From Candidatus Nanopelagicales bacterium (lineage in GTDB: Bacteria; Actinomycetota; Actinomycetes; S36-B12; UBA5976): DNA of 62,660 nt. The notes beneath the pieces are model-generated. The model saw only the letters and a list, made by a program, of their open reading frames with translations, did no database searches and was not told the DNA's origin. The translations under genes and the position numbers were made by a program. The DNA is taken from assembly GCA_016463095.1 (NCBI GenBank), contig JAEMSA010000004.1, positions 1 to 62,660 of the forward strand. Direction: 5' to 3'. This document shows, in pieces, positions 19,055 to 31,091 of this stretch. The first letter of the stretch is position 1. The number at the start of each line of letters is the position of its first letter.

Positions 19055-20016
19055 TAGTCCACCGTCACATAATCTGGGCCGGAATAGGCACCATTTTTCA
19101 TTTTTCGTCTTTGCATTAAAAGATCATTTAATAAACTTGAGGCACCGAATCTAAACATGTTTGGGTTCATCCAATTCTCACCTAAAGTTTCTTTGATTAA
19201 AACCAAATATTTCATAGCATCTTTAGTGGTCTTGATACCGCCTGCTGGTTTCACCCCAATTCTTCGATGGGTTGCAATTTCAAAATCTCTAATGGCCTGC
19301 AACATGACCAGGGTTACCGGCAAAGTAGCAGCGGGTTGAACTTTCCCGGTGGAAGTTTTAATAAAGTCGGCTCCAGCTAACATGGCAATCCAAGAGGCTT
19401 TTTTTACGTTGTCATAGGTTTTCAATTCGCCAGTTTCTAGAATCACTTTCAAGTGAGCTGCCTGGCAAGCTCGTTTGACTGATTGAATCTGATCATAAAT
19501 ATCTAGAAATCTTCCTTCATGAAATGCGCCACGATCTATAACCATGTCAATTTCATCGGCACCTTGCGAAACTGCATCTGCGGTGTCTTGCAATTTGGCG
19601 GCTAATGAAACTCTTCCGGCAGGAAAACCTGTGGCAACCGCTGCAACATTTATGTTTGTTCCTTGCAAATTTTCTTTTGCAACAGCAACCAAATCACTAT
19701 AAACACAAACTGCAGCAACACTGGGCACAGTTGAATCGAGGGGATCTGGTCTTCTTGCTTTGGCACAAAGTGATTTAACTTTACCTTTGGTGTCCATCCC
19801 TTCCAAGGTTGTTAAATCAATCATGCGAATAGCAAGATCAATACCTTCTGCTTTTGCTGTGGTTTTAATAGAACGAGTTCCTAATTTTGCTACTCGTTCC
19901 TCCACCCCAACTTTGTCTACCCCAGAAAGGCCATTTAAAAATTTTTTAAGTGCAGAATCACTATTGGTGGTATCGCGAAGAAAAGAGGGGAGTACTAACG
20001 GATCGTCTTTGAGCAC
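19054..20016 (-). CDS. deoC: deoxyribose-phosphate aldolase (long actinobacterial form)
   Basis: IDLTTLEG, ADEIDMVI and the Schiff-base region FIKTSTGK are present. The stop overlaps the ALDH start (TAATG). Confidence 0.9.
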   Translation of the reverse strand: MLKDDPLVLPSFLRDTTNSDSALKKFLNGLSGVDKVGVEERVAKLGTRSIKTTAKAEGIDLAIRMIDLTTLEGMDTKGKVKSLCAKARRPDPLDSTVPSVAAVCVYSDLVAVAKENLQGTNINVAAVATGFPAGRVSLAAKLQDTADAVSQGADEIDMVIDRGAFHEGRFLDIYDQIQSVKRACQAAHLKVILETGELKTYDNVKKASWIAMLAGADFIKTSTGKVQPAATLPVTLVMLQAIRDFEIATHRRIGVKPAGGIKTTKDAMKYLVLIKETLGENWMNPNMFRFGASSLLNDLLMQRRKMKNGAYSGPDYVTVD

Positions 20017-20045
20017 GAATACAGCGTATCTAATCGATGGAAAGT

Positions 20046-21676
20046 TTAAATAGTCGTGAGTAATTGGTGCACAGATTTAGCCAAAGAATCTAATTCTTGA
20101 ATAGCAATAGCCTGATTTGTTTGTGGGTTACCTGGCTTGGTAATTACTTCTAGGTAGCACTTTAATTTTGGTTCAGTGCCACTTGGTCGAACGATTATTC
20201 TGCCATTTTTTGTCATTAATCTAATTCCTGAGGTGGGTGGCAAGCCATCAATGCCATTATTCATATCTTCTACTTTTTCTACATTAAATTCACCTATTTT
20301 TGTGGGTGAATCAGAAATTAGTTTCTGAGTTATTTTTATAGCTTCAGAAACAGAAGCAAATCTAAAACTTAATTGTTTAGTTAAGTGCACCCCAAATTCT
20401 TGATAAATTTCATTTAGAATTCCAGTCACAGAATTATTATTTTGTTTTATGTATGAGATCATTTCTACAACTCTTAAGGCTGCAGTGATGCCATCTTTAT
20501 CTCTAACAAATTCTGGATCTGTGCAATAACCAATGGCTTCTTCATAACCAAAAATGAGTTCATCTAAATGGCCCATCCATTTAACCCCAGTTAATGTACT
20601 GGCACCTTTTAAGCCATGTGCTTGAGCCATTTTGGGGACAAGTGAACTTGAAACTATTGAGGCCACCATTTGACCATGAAGTGGCACATTAGTTAATTTA
20701 GATTTTTCAATCAGCCACCAAGCCAGTAAAAATCCTAATTCGTCACCGCTTAAAACTTTCCATTTCCCATTTTCTGGAATCGCCACAGCGCAACGGTCTG
20801 CATCTGGATCATTAGCAATTGCCACATCTGCACCTATTTTTTGGGCCAGAGCAAGCAGTAGGTCCATTGCTCCTGGTTCTTCTGGGTTTGGAAAAGAAAC
20901 AGTGGGAAAATCTGGATCTGGTTTAGTTTGTTCTGCAACATTTATTGATGGATTAAATCCTGCTTCTTTCATACAAGCATCAAAAGTTTCTTGGCCAACA
21001 CCATGCATTGGCGTAAAAGCAACTTTGATTTGGCCATAATTATTATTCACAAGTTGAGCGGCACGTTGGTGATATTGAGTTGTGATATCTATTTCATTCC
21101 AGCCGGAAGCAAGTTTTATTTCATCAGCCATTGGTGCAGATTTAATTAGTTGGGCAATCTCTTTATCCATCGGTGGAATAATTCCAGCACCAAGATGATC
21201 ATAAACTTTGTAACCGTTATCTTGAGGGGGATTGTGTGATGCGGTAATCATTACTCCAGCATCAGCACCAATATGTCTGACTCCAAAAGCTAAAACAGGG
21301 GTAGGAAGCTTTGATGGCAATCTAAAAACTTCTAAGCCAAGTGAGATTGCAACTCCACATACATCTTGTGCAAACTGATCAGACATATGACGAGCATCAT
21401 TTCCCACAATTAATTTAGGTTTTTTACCAGGATTCTTATTTAATAAATACTGACAAAGACCATAAGTGGCACGTATTACAACAGCACGATTCATGCGTGA
21501 TTGTCCGGGACCAATTTCTGATCTTAATCCAGCTGTTCCAAATTCTAGGTCGCCTGAGAAAAGTGAGGTTAACTTATCAATATCGTTATTTTTGATTAAA
21601 TCTAAAACTTGTTTTTTTGTTGTTGAATCAGGATCATGCTCAGCCCAATTTTGAGCTAAACTAATTAAATTTTCAC

Positions 21677-21680
<4 letters not shown>
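20046..21680 (-). CDS. phospho-sugar mutase (PGM2/PmmB-type, probable phosphopentomutase)
   Basis: Active-site TASHNPPQDNGYK, metal loop NDPDADR and GYEEAIGY. It sits between punA and deoC, as pmmB sits next to deoD in mycobacteria. Confidence 0.88.
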
Positions 21681-24019
<2,339 letters not shown>

Positions 24020-24033
24020 AAGAATAAAAAAAT

Positions 24034-24066
24034 AAGGGCCAGATTTCTCTGGCCCTTATTTTTATT
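24034..24066. terminator. bidirectional rho-independent terminator
   Basis: aagggccag-atttct-ctggccctt forms a 9-bp GC-rich stem flanked by an A-run (5') and a T-run (3'). It lies between convergent genes. Confidence 0.8.
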
Positions 24067-24076
24067 CCCTAGGAAA

Positions 24077-25516
24077 TTATCCGAGTAGATCTCTAATCGG
24101 AGATGTTGCAAAATAAACCACGAAGGCACCAGCCACTACCCATAGCAATGGGTGAATGGATTTTGATTTGCCAACAGCGACTTTTAATACAACATGAGTA
24201 ACAAATCCTGCACCAATACCTACCGCAATTGAGTAAGTAAATGGCATCAAGATGATTGTTAAGAATGCTGGAAGCGCGATTGTTACATCGGTCCAGTCAA
24301 TATCTTTGATTTGCGTCATCATTAAGAAACCAACGATGAGCAATGCTGGAGTTGCGGCTTCGTAAGGAACTAATGCAACTAATGGTGACAAGAATGTTGT
24401 CAACAAGAATGCAATTCCGGTAACGATGCTTGCTAATCCTGTGCGAGCGCCTTCGCCCACACCTGATGCTGATTCGATGTAAGAAGTATTTGAAGAAATA
24501 CCACTTGCACCGCCAGCCATAGCTGCAATTGAATCCACTAACAAGATTCGGTCAGCATTTTCTACGTTTCCTTTGCTATCAGAAAGACCTGCTTCTGCAC
24601 CAATGGCAGTCATCGTGCCCATGGTGTCGAAGAAGTCAGTGATTAGCAATGTGAAAACTAGCAATGCTGCAGTTAAGAATCCTGCAGTTGCAAATCCACC
24701 AAACAAATCGAATTGACCAATTAATCCAAAGTCAGGTGTAGCAATTAATGAACTTGGGATTGCTGGCACATTCAAATTCCAACCACTTGGGTTGACTTTG
24801 TCTGGGGCAGTAAATAGTGGTCCAATCTTGTAAACGGATTCTAGAATTACAGCAAGCACTGTTGCTGAAAGAACTCCGATTAAGATTGCACCTTTTGTTT
24901 TGCGTGCATACAAGAATGCGATCAAGAGCAAACCAAAGATGAAGACCACTACTGGCCATCCAACAAGGTTTCCGCCTGCGCCTAGTTCAACTGGAACTGG
25001 TCCAGATTGAGTGCGGCGAACAAATCCTGCATCCACTAAACCAATTAGCGCGATGAATAAACCAATACCAACGGAGATAGCTATTTTTAATTGAGTTGGT
25101 ACAGCTTTAAATACTGCAACACGGAAACCAGTAAGAACTGCGATGGTGATGATAATTCCTTCCAACACCACTAAGCCCATTACTTGATCCCACGGCATAT
25201 AGCCTGCAGCGATTCTGGCGACGAATGCATTGATGCCCAGGCCAGTTGCTAGAGCTAATGGAAAATTAGCAACAGCCCCCATCAATATGGTTAAAATTCC
25301 TGCAACTAAAGCAGTTGTTGCTGCGATTGCTGCCAAATTAGGTGCTTCTCCGCCACCTAGGAATTTACCGTTGACATCTTGTGTGAATCCCAAGATCAGC
25401 GGATTTAGTACAACTATGTAGGCCATGGTTAGGTATGTAACAAGCCCACCACGGACTTCTTGACTTACGCTGGATTTTCTTTTCTTAATTTGGAAATATG
25501 AATCCAATGTTGCCAT
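24077..25516 (-). CDS. NCS2-family purine permease (AzgA/PbuG-like adenine/guanine/hypoxanthine transporter)
   Basis: 479 aa. The N-terminus YFQIKKRKSSVSQEVRGGLVTYLTMAYIVVLNP and the overall 12-14 TM pattern are typical of AzgA-type permeases. Confidence 0.88.
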   Translation of the reverse strand: MATLDSYFQIKKRKSSVSQEVRGGLVTYLTMAYIVVLNPLILGFTQDVNGKFLGGGEAPNLAAIAATTALVAGILTILMGAVANFPLALATGLGINAFVARIAAGYMPWDQVMGLVVLEGIIITIAVLTGFRVAVFKAVPTQLKIAISVGIGLFIALIGLVDAGFVRRTQSGPVPVELGAGGNLVGWPVVVFIFGLLLIAFLYARKTKGAILIGVLSATVLAVILESVYKIGPLFTAPDKVNPSGWNLNVPAIPSSLIATPDFGLIGQFDLFGGFATAGFLTAALLVFTLLITDFFDTMGTMTAIGAEAGLSDSKGNVENADRILLVDSIAAMAGGASGISSNTSYIESASGVGEGARTGLASIVTGIAFLLTTFLSPLVALVPYEAATPALLIVGFLMMTQIKDIDWTDVTIALPAFLTIILMPFTYSIAVGIGAGFVTHVVLKVAVGKSKSIHPLLWVVAGAFVVYFATSPIRDLLG

Positions 25517-25540
25517 TAGCTAGTTTTTTCCCCTCCTGAT

Positions 25541-25566
25541 TTATTACTTGTGAAGCCAAGTAATAA
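25541..25566 (-). promoter_or_regulatory. leader hairpin immediately upstream of the permease Shine-Dalgarno
   Basis: On the minus strand, ttattacttg-gcttca-caagtaataa forms a perfect 10-bp stem ending 3 nt before AGGAGGGG. An alternative pairing, aataa/ttatt, lies just upstream. Confidence 0.35.
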
Positions 25567-25633
25567 GGCAAACTTTATTCGCAAATTGGTCATACCTAGG
25601 CCTTGAACACACTGTTGAATTTAAGAAATATAT

Positions 25634-26254
25634 TTAATTTCGAGAAACTGGGCCAAATTCGATTGGTGCAGTTTCTGCTGTGACTGATGTGAGTAGTGAT
25701 GAGCCCTCAGCAAGGCCCAGTAGCCCAAAGCCTTGATTTTGGAACTGGGTGCACCAGGTAGGCCACGTCCCCCCAAAGTGGGCTAACACAATTTGGTTTT
25801 CTAAAAGATTCAATCCTTTGCCAATTTCATTTCCGCCAGGCATTACCACTTTTGTTCCAAAGAGCATTGCCCCAGCACTTGATCCCATTAGTACTGCACC
25901 ATTTGTTAGTGCTGTTCTTAAAGCTGTTTCAGCTGTGGTGTCAACAAAACATTTTGTGAGACGGGAGGGTGTTCCGCCAGCAAAATAAATTGCATCTGCC
26001 TGGGCAAGTTGTGTCACATTTTCAATTATTAAATCTGTTTCACTTAAAATTGGACTCATAATTGTTTTTACACCTGAATTGGCAAAATATTTTTCAGCAG
26101 TTTGGTATGCCAGAAGTTGAGTAGGAAAAGGTGCTGTCACCACAACTAATAATTCAGAATTGAGATTTTTTCGTTTCGCTAAAGCAGCAAGATCTGCTTC
26201 GAGGTAGGCAGCACTGAATTCGTTTCCTCCTGAAGAAAGAATCCAGCCAGACAT
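25634..26254 (-). CDS. peptidase S51 family (dipeptidase E/cyanophycinase-like)
   Basis: IYFAGGTPSRL and the nucleophile elbow LMGSSAGAM are present, and the 206-aa size fits the family. Confidence 0.7.
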   Translation of the reverse strand: MSGWILSSGGNEFSAAYLEADLAALAKRKNLNSELLVVVTAPFPTQLLAYQTAEKYFANSGVKTIMSPILSETDLIIENVTQLAQADAIYFAGGTPSRLTKCFVDTTAETALRTALTNGAVLMGSSAGAMLFGTKVVMPGGNEIGKGLNLLENQIVLAHFGGTWPTWCTQFQNQGFGLLGLAEGSSLLTSVTAETAPIEFGPVSRN

Positions 26255-26257
26255 TAA

Positions 26258-26890
26258 TTAACTCTTAACATTTCTATCTGCTAACCAAGTTCTTAAACCA
26301 GCCACTATTGAACCAACAATAAAAAATGTCGCAATTGCATAAGCACCTGATTTAACTGCGGGAATTGTGGCTGCATAAAAACCGGTCAAGGTTATGCCCA
26401 CCCCCCAAGTAATTGCCCCTAGGAAATTACTGGATAAAAACTTGTAATAATTCATGCCCCCAATTCCTGCTACTGCGGGAATTATCACTCGAGCCCAAGG
26501 CATGTATCTGGCAACTACAACTGCCCACCAACCATATTTTTTGTAAAAGATTTCAGTTCTTTTTATTGCTGCTTGTGTTTTTTTACCACCACGTTTTTTT
26601 AAATATGGTCTGCCATAGTGGCGACCCAGCACAAATCCCACTTGATCACCAAAAAAAGCTGCGATGCCCACACCGGTAACCAGAATTGCAATGTTGACAT
26701 TGGAGGTTGTGGCGGCAATTAAACCGGCAGCAAACAGTAAAGAATCACCGGTAATAAAGGGAACGAAAGCTCCCACAAAAAATCCGGTGCCAACAAAAAC
26801 TAATCCCCACACAATGAGATAAAAAAGAAATGGTCCAAAGGCATCAAGCCAAGTGTTTAACTGGCCATCTAATGCAGCTTGGGGAAACAT
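26258..26890 (-). CDS. DedA-family membrane protein
   Basis: PFITGDSLLFAAG, GDQVGFVLGR and RYMPWARVIIPAVAG motifs. ATG 26890 has an AAAGGAAA SD. The 24 codons upstream in the track ORF are probably not translated. Confidence 0.85.
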   Translation of the reverse strand: MFPQAALDGQLNTWLDAFGPFLFYLIVWGLVFVGTGFFVGAFVPFITGDSLLFAAGLIAATTSNVNIAILVTGVGIAAFFGDQVGFVLGRHYGRPYLKKRGGKKTQAAIKRTEIFYKKYGWWAVVVARYMPWARVIIPAVAGIGGMNYYKFLSSNFLGAITWGVGITLTGFYAATIPAVKSGAYAIATFFIVGSIVAGLRTWLADRNVKS

Positions 26891-26976
26891 TATGTTTCCT
26901 TTCTTTTGACTATGTACATGAGCGTAGTAATGAAACACAATATGCGCATCACAAATATCCAAAATAGACTTATTAC

Positions 26977-27603
26977 ATGAGTCACATTGGTTTCCTGTTC
27001 GATCTGGATGGCACTTTAGTTAATTCCAAGCCAGCAGTTGAAAGAGCATGGATTCAATTAGCTGATGAAGCCCAAATTCCCTTAGAAAAAATGGTGGGGT
27101 TGCATGGAATTCCAGCGGAGCAGTCATTGCGAAAACTACTGGAAGATAGAAGTGAAGATGAAATCAAATCTTGGGTTGATCGAATTGAATACTTGGAATC
27201 AAGTGACACCGATGGAATAGCAGCAATTCCTGGGGCTAAAAACCTATTGCAGGAATTATCGAAACAAAATATTCCTTGGACAATTGTTACTTCGTGCACA
27301 TTGCCCTTAGCAGTATCTAGAGTAACTGCTGCTGGTATTGAAATGCCTGATCATTCAGTAACTTTTAACGATGTGAAATTAGGAAAACCTCATCCAGAAC
27401 CTTTTATTTTAGGGGCCCAAAGAATTGGATTAAACCCAAATCAATGTTGGGTAATTGAAGATGCGCCAGCTGGTGTTAAATCCGGAAAATCAGCAGGTTG
27501 CACAGTTGCTGCCGTACTCACTTCTCATTTGAAAGAACAATTAAGCGAAGCAGATCATTTCTTAAATCATTTGGATGAATTAATACCTTTAGCTTTTAAT
27601 TAA
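26977..27603 (+). CDS. HAD hydrolase (beta-phosphoglucomutase/phosphatase-like)
   Basis: Motif I FDLDGTLV, motif II VTS, and motif IV WVIEDAPAGVKSGKSAG. Confidence 0.85.
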   Translation: MSHIGFLFDLDGTLVNSKPAVERAWIQLADEAQIPLEKMVGLHGIPAEQSLRKLLEDRSEDEIKSWVDRIEYLESSDTDGIAAIPGAKNLLQELSKQNIPWTIVTSCTLPLAVSRVTAAGIEMPDHSVTFNDVKLGKPHPEPFILGAQRIGLNPNQCWVIEDAPAGVKSGKSAGCTVAAVLTSHLKEQLSEADHFLNHLDELIPLAFN

Positions 27604-27606
27604 AAG

Positions 27607-27678
27607 TGCCCCCGGCGTGAGTCGAACACGCGCACATGCCTTCGGAGGGCAACGCTCTATCCACTGAGCTACGGGGGC
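27607..27678 (-). tRNA. tRNA-Arg (anticodon CCG)
   Basis: The minus strand reads GCCCCCGTAGCTCAGTGGATAGAGCGTTGCCCTCCGAAGGCATGTGCGCGTGTTCGACTCACGCCGGGGGCA. It folds as a cloverleaf with a 7-bp acceptor stem, D arm GCTC/GAGC, anticodon loop CTCCGAA and T arm GCGTG-TTCGACT-CACGC. CCA is not encoded. Confidence 0.9.
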
Positions 27679-27684
27679 TTAGTT

Positions 27685-27715
27685 TAATTCTTAAGTAAAA
27701 CTTACTTAAGAATTA
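27685..27715 (-). terminator. AT-rich 14-bp perfect hairpin between the DUF3817 gene and tRNA-Arg
   Basis: taattcttaagtaa-aac-ttacttaagaatta. It overlaps the last codons and the stop of the upstream minus-strand CDS. No clear U-tract follows. Confidence 0.4.
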
Positions 27716-27993
27716 ATAACCCGCCGTCGAATTTTACTTTCAGCAAAAAATGACATCACAGGAATTGTTCCGGCTAAGAGCAGCAATATGGTTTCTTTGA
27801 AACTAAGTTTGGCTCGGCGTGAAATGTCAAAACCAATAACTAAATACACCATGTAAATAAAACCATGTAATTGTGCGAACCAAGGAATTTCTAAGATTCC
27901 GGAATACTTAAGAATTATTTCAATTGTGAAAAGAATTAATACCACACCAGCCAGATAGGCAATGAATTTAAATCTTGTTAAGGCCTGCTCCAT
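27706..27993 (-). CDS. DUF3817-like small membrane protein
   Basis: 95 aa and 3 TM helices. The pattern ..FKFIAYLAGV..LKY..HGFIYMVYL.. resembles DUF3817. Confidence 0.65.
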   Translation of the reverse strand: MEQALTRFKFIAYLAGVVLILFTIEIILKYSGILEIPWFAQLHGFIYMVYLVIGFDISRRAKLSFKETILLLLAGTIPVMSFFAESKIRRRVINS

Positions 27994-28269
27994 TTATTCT
28001 TCCCTCAACTTTAATTGACCGGTTCTACTCAAGTATTCATCCTTAAAGAATCGATACCAAAACCACCCAGCAGCTCCAGCGAAGAAAACCCACTGACCAG
28101 CGTAAAAGGAGCTCTGCAAATTGATAATGACATCACCAGTTAGGGCATCAATTCTTTCGCGCCTGACCCATTGCCAAATGCCAAGTCTTAAACAAATGAC
28201 AATGGCCAAAATGGTAAAGACGTGAAACAGTATCCACTTTCGCTCTAGTGCAATTTTCCACATATACAT
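27994..28269 (-). CDS. hypothetical small membrane protein
   Basis: 91 aa and 2 TM helices. Its stop abuts the start of the DUF3817 gene. Confidence 0.5.
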   Translation of the reverse strand: MYMWKIALERKWILFHVFTILAIVICLRLGIWQWVRRERIDALTGDVIINLQSSFYAGQWVFFAGAAGWFWYRFFKDEYLSRTGQLKLREE

Positions 28270-28320
28270 AAGCGTATGGCGAGTTCGTAATTTTGTTTAG
28301 CACCTGCCTACGATTAGAAC

Positions 28321-29979
28321 ATGACTCCAGAAGAACTATCAAAAACCATAAAGAAAAGTCTTGAGTCACTCATTTCAGCTAAAAAAATTGCAGTAAACGA
28401 CATCCCAGAAATAAAAATTGAGAGACCAAAAAGTAAAGATCACGGCGATTATGCCAGCAACATCGCCTTAATGGTGGCTAAGCCAGCGGGTGTGAATCCT
28501 CGTGAAGTAGCTCAACTACTGGTTGATGAGTTAAGTAAAAATTCAGCATTCAAAAAAGTAGAAATAGCAGGACCTGGTTTTCTAAACTTCACACTGGAAT
28601 CAGCAAGTTTAGGTGAAGTAGTAAGAACAATTATTAAAGAAGCCAATAAATACGGTCACACAAACACTCTGCAAGGCCAAAACATAAATGTTGAATTCAT
28701 CAGCGCTAATCCAACGGGACCACTTCATTTAGGTCACACTCGTTGGGCAGCAGTCGGGGACGCCCTGGCGCGGGTATTGGTGGCAAGTGGAGCAAAAGTT
28801 GCTCGCGAATTTTACATCAATGATCGAGGCACACAAATAGATAAATTTGGTATATCTATTTGTGCTGCAGCTAACAATGAAGCCATTCCAGAAGATGGTT
28901 ATCACGGTGCATACATTAAAGATTTAGCAACAGAAATTGTTAAGGAAAAACCTGAAATCTTGAAATTAAGTAAAGATAAACAGGTAATTGAATTCAGAGA
29001 AGAAGGCTATAAAAAACAACTTAAACAACAACAAAGTGTTTTAGATGATTTCAGAACTCACTTTGATGTTTGGTATTCCGAAAGATCACTTCATTCCAGT
29101 GGCGCTGTTGAAAAAGGTTTAGCTGTACTTAAAAAACACGGTCACGTTTTTGAACTAGAAGGTGCCACGTGGTTGAAAACCACAGATTTTGGGGATGACA
29201 AAGACAGGGTGTTAATAAAAGCTGATGGTGAATACACATATTTTGCCTCTGATACTGCTTACTACGTTGATAAGCGCAGTAGAGGATTTGATGTCAACAT
29301 TTATTTACTGGGAGCAGATCATCATGGTTATGTGAACAGATTAAGAGCTGTGTCGGCTTGTGCTGGTGATGATCCAGATAAAAATGTTGAAGTACTCATT
29401 GGGCAATTAGTAAAAATGCTTAAAAATGGTCAAGAGGTAAGGCTAAGTAAACGAGCTGGAAATATCATCACCTTAGAAGATTTAGTTGACGAAGTTGGAG
29501 TTGATGCGGCTAGATACACATTGACTCGTTATCCAGTTGAAACGTCCTTAACATTAGATATTGATTTATTAACTTCACACACCAATGACAATCCTGTGTT
29601 TTATGTGCAATATGCCCATGCGCGTATTTCTGCAGTTTTAAGAGCTGCGGTGGAAAAAGGAATTGATTGGCAAAAAAATACATTTAATCCAGCCGTTTTG
29701 ATCACTTCCCAAGAAGCAGAACTATTAGGGGCCTTAAGTGAATTTCCAAGAATTGTTGCTGCTTCGGCCCAATTAAGAGAACCACACAGAGTGGCAAGAT
29801 ATTTGGAAGAATTAGCAACCGCTTATCACTCTTTTTATTCAGCTTGCAGAGTTTTACCTATGGATGGTGAACTTGTGACAGATGTGACTAATGCGCGTTT
29901 GCTCTTGTGTGCTGCGACCAGACAAGTAGTAAGAAATGGTCTTGATCTCTTAGGTGTGGGCGCGCCAGAAAAAATGTAG
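28321..29979 (+). CDS. argS: arginine--tRNA ligase
   Basis: 552 aa with the class I HIGH-type motif PTGPLHLGH, an LSKRAGN (KMSK-like) motif and the C-terminal anticodon-binding DALR region. Confidence 0.95.
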   Translation: MTPEELSKTIKKSLESLISAKKIAVNDIPEIKIERPKSKDHGDYASNIALMVAKPAGVNPREVAQLLVDELSKNSAFKKVEIAGPGFLNFTLESASLGEVVRTIIKEANKYGHTNTLQGQNINVEFISANPTGPLHLGHTRWAAVGDALARVLVASGAKVAREFYINDRGTQIDKFGISICAAANNEAIPEDGYHGAYIKDLATEIVKEKPEILKLSKDKQVIEFREEGYKKQLKQQQSVLDDFRTHFDVWYSERSLHSSGAVEKGLAVLKKHGHVFELEGATWLKTTDFGDDKDRVLIKADGEYTYFASDTAYYVDKRSRGFDVNIYLLGADHHGYVNRLRAVSACAGDDPDKNVEVLIGQLVKMLKNGQEVRLSKRAGNIITLEDLVDEVGVDAARYTLTRYPVETSLTLDIDLLTSHTNDNPVFYVQYAHARISAVLRAAVEKGIDWQKNTFNPAVLITSQEAELLGALSEFPRIVAASAQLREPHRVARYLEELATAYHSFYSACRVLPMDGELVTDVTNARLLLCAATRQVVRNGLDLLGVGAPEKM

Positions 29980-30027
29980 GTAGAGCCTCTTGGGCTTAGG
30001 CAGGTGTATTGCTCTAAGGTTTCAAGC

Positions 30028-30990
30028 ATGACAAAAATTAAAACCCTGTTCGTAAGTGCAATTGCTGTTGCGTTAACAGTTTCATTAGGTGCATCAGCAT
30101 CTGTTGCAGCTGAAGGCGCAAGTCCATTGTCAGGTATTGCCGGTGGTGCTGGACAACCAGTAATCATGGTCAAGATTGACAACGTTGGACCAGCTAGACC
30201 TCACACAAATATTTCAAAAGCTGACATCGTTTATGTGGAACAAGTTGAAGGTGGATTAACAAGAATTGCAGCTCTTTACAATTCTTCTTTTCCAGCAAAA
30301 GTTGGTCCCGTGAGATCAGCACGTATTTCTGATTTAGAAATATTGGAACAATTTGATTCCCCAGGATTTGTTTATTCTGGTGCAAACAAAGCATTGTTAA
30401 AAACAATTGCTACCGCGCCACTTGTTCGAATGGGACCTGGTTTAAACGGAGTTAAATTCACCAGAGACTCATCCCGTCGAATCCCACATAACTTGATGGT
30501 GAATTTGTCATCTTCTGTTAAGAGCGCTAAAGGAATTGGCGCTGTAAAAGATATTGGCTTAACTTTCTCAGAAACTGCACCTGCTGGCGGAAAAGCAACT
30601 TCAACTTTCAAAGCACAGTGGCCAGCTTCAAGTGTTAGTGGCAAGTGGAATGGTAGTGGTTGGACTATTGCTCTTGATAACAAAGCACAGAAAGATAGAG
30701 GAACCGGTAAAGCAGTTGTTGCTCAAACAGTTGTTGTCCAATTGGTAACCCAAACTCTTTCTGGTCAAGGTGACAAATTTGGTGGCAAAACCCCAAAGAT
30801 TAAAACTGTTGGATCGGGCAAGGCATTTATCTTGCGCGATGGACAACGCTATGACGCCGAATGGTCTAGACCATCTGGTGGTTCAGGAACAGCTTTCACA
30901 ATCAATGGTGCAGCACTGCCATTTGATATCGGACAAGTTTGGGTCCTATTGGTTCCAAATGATTCCAAGGGAAAGTATTCATTTAAATAA
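30028..30990 (+). CDS. DUF3048-like secreted protein
   Basis: A signal peptide is followed by VIMVKIDNVGPARPHTNISKADIVYVEQVEGGLTRIAALY and GPVRSARISD, typical of DUF3048. ATG 30028 is preferred over GTG 30004. Confidence 0.65.
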   Translation: MTKIKTLFVSAIAVALTVSLGASASVAAEGASPLSGIAGGAGQPVIMVKIDNVGPARPHTNISKADIVYVEQVEGGLTRIAALYNSSFPAKVGPVRSARISDLEILEQFDSPGFVYSGANKALLKTIATAPLVRMGPGLNGVKFTRDSSRRIPHNLMVNLSSSVKSAKGIGAVKDIGLTFSETAPAGGKATSTFKAQWPASSVSGKWNGSGWTIALDNKAQKDRGTGKAVVAQTVVVQLVTQTLSGQGDKFGGKTPKIKTVGSGKAFILRDGQRYDAEWSRPSGGSGTAFTINGAALPFDIGQVWVLLVPNDSKGKYSFK

Positions 30991-31007
30991 ATAATCAGTA
31001 GTCCACC

Positions 31008-31063
31008 TACTGGGTGGGACATCTTGTGTTGGTTAGCCTTGACATAAGAAGTCCCACCCAGTA
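31008..31063. repeat. 13-bp perfect inverted repeat flanking a TTGACA box upstream of lysA
   Basis: tactgggtgggac (31008-31020) and gtcccacccagta (31051-31063) are separated by 30 nt. A third partial arm, gtccacc (31001-31007), can pair with the first. Confidence 0.6.
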
Positions 31064-31091
31064 ACTATTCAAAAAGGAATAAATTCTGATC

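Noticed and set aside
25517-25633. Purine (guanine/adenine) riboswitch upstream of the purine permease
   Set aside because: I tried to thread the minus-strand leader onto the purine riboswitch three-way junction. The conserved J1/2, L2, J2/3 and L3 sequences are absent, so only an unassigned hairpin is reported.
26891-26962. N-terminal extension of the DedA ORF (MDICDAHIVFHYYAHVHSQKKGNI)
   Set aside because: The extension is not hydrophobic or DedA-like, and the internal ATG at 26890 has a proper SD. It is probably the promoter/leader region shared with the divergent HAD gene.
27604-28320. tRNA-Arg as an integration hotspot with an adjacent genomic island
   Set aside because: No integrase, direct repeat of the tRNA 3' end or compositional shift was seen on either side. 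The flanking genes (HAD, DUF3817, argS) look like ordinary core genes.
30991-31091. Lysine riboswitch (L-box) upstream of lysA
   Set aside because: The spacer is only about 100 nt, whereas an L-box aptamer alone is far longer. No L-box-like helices were seen.
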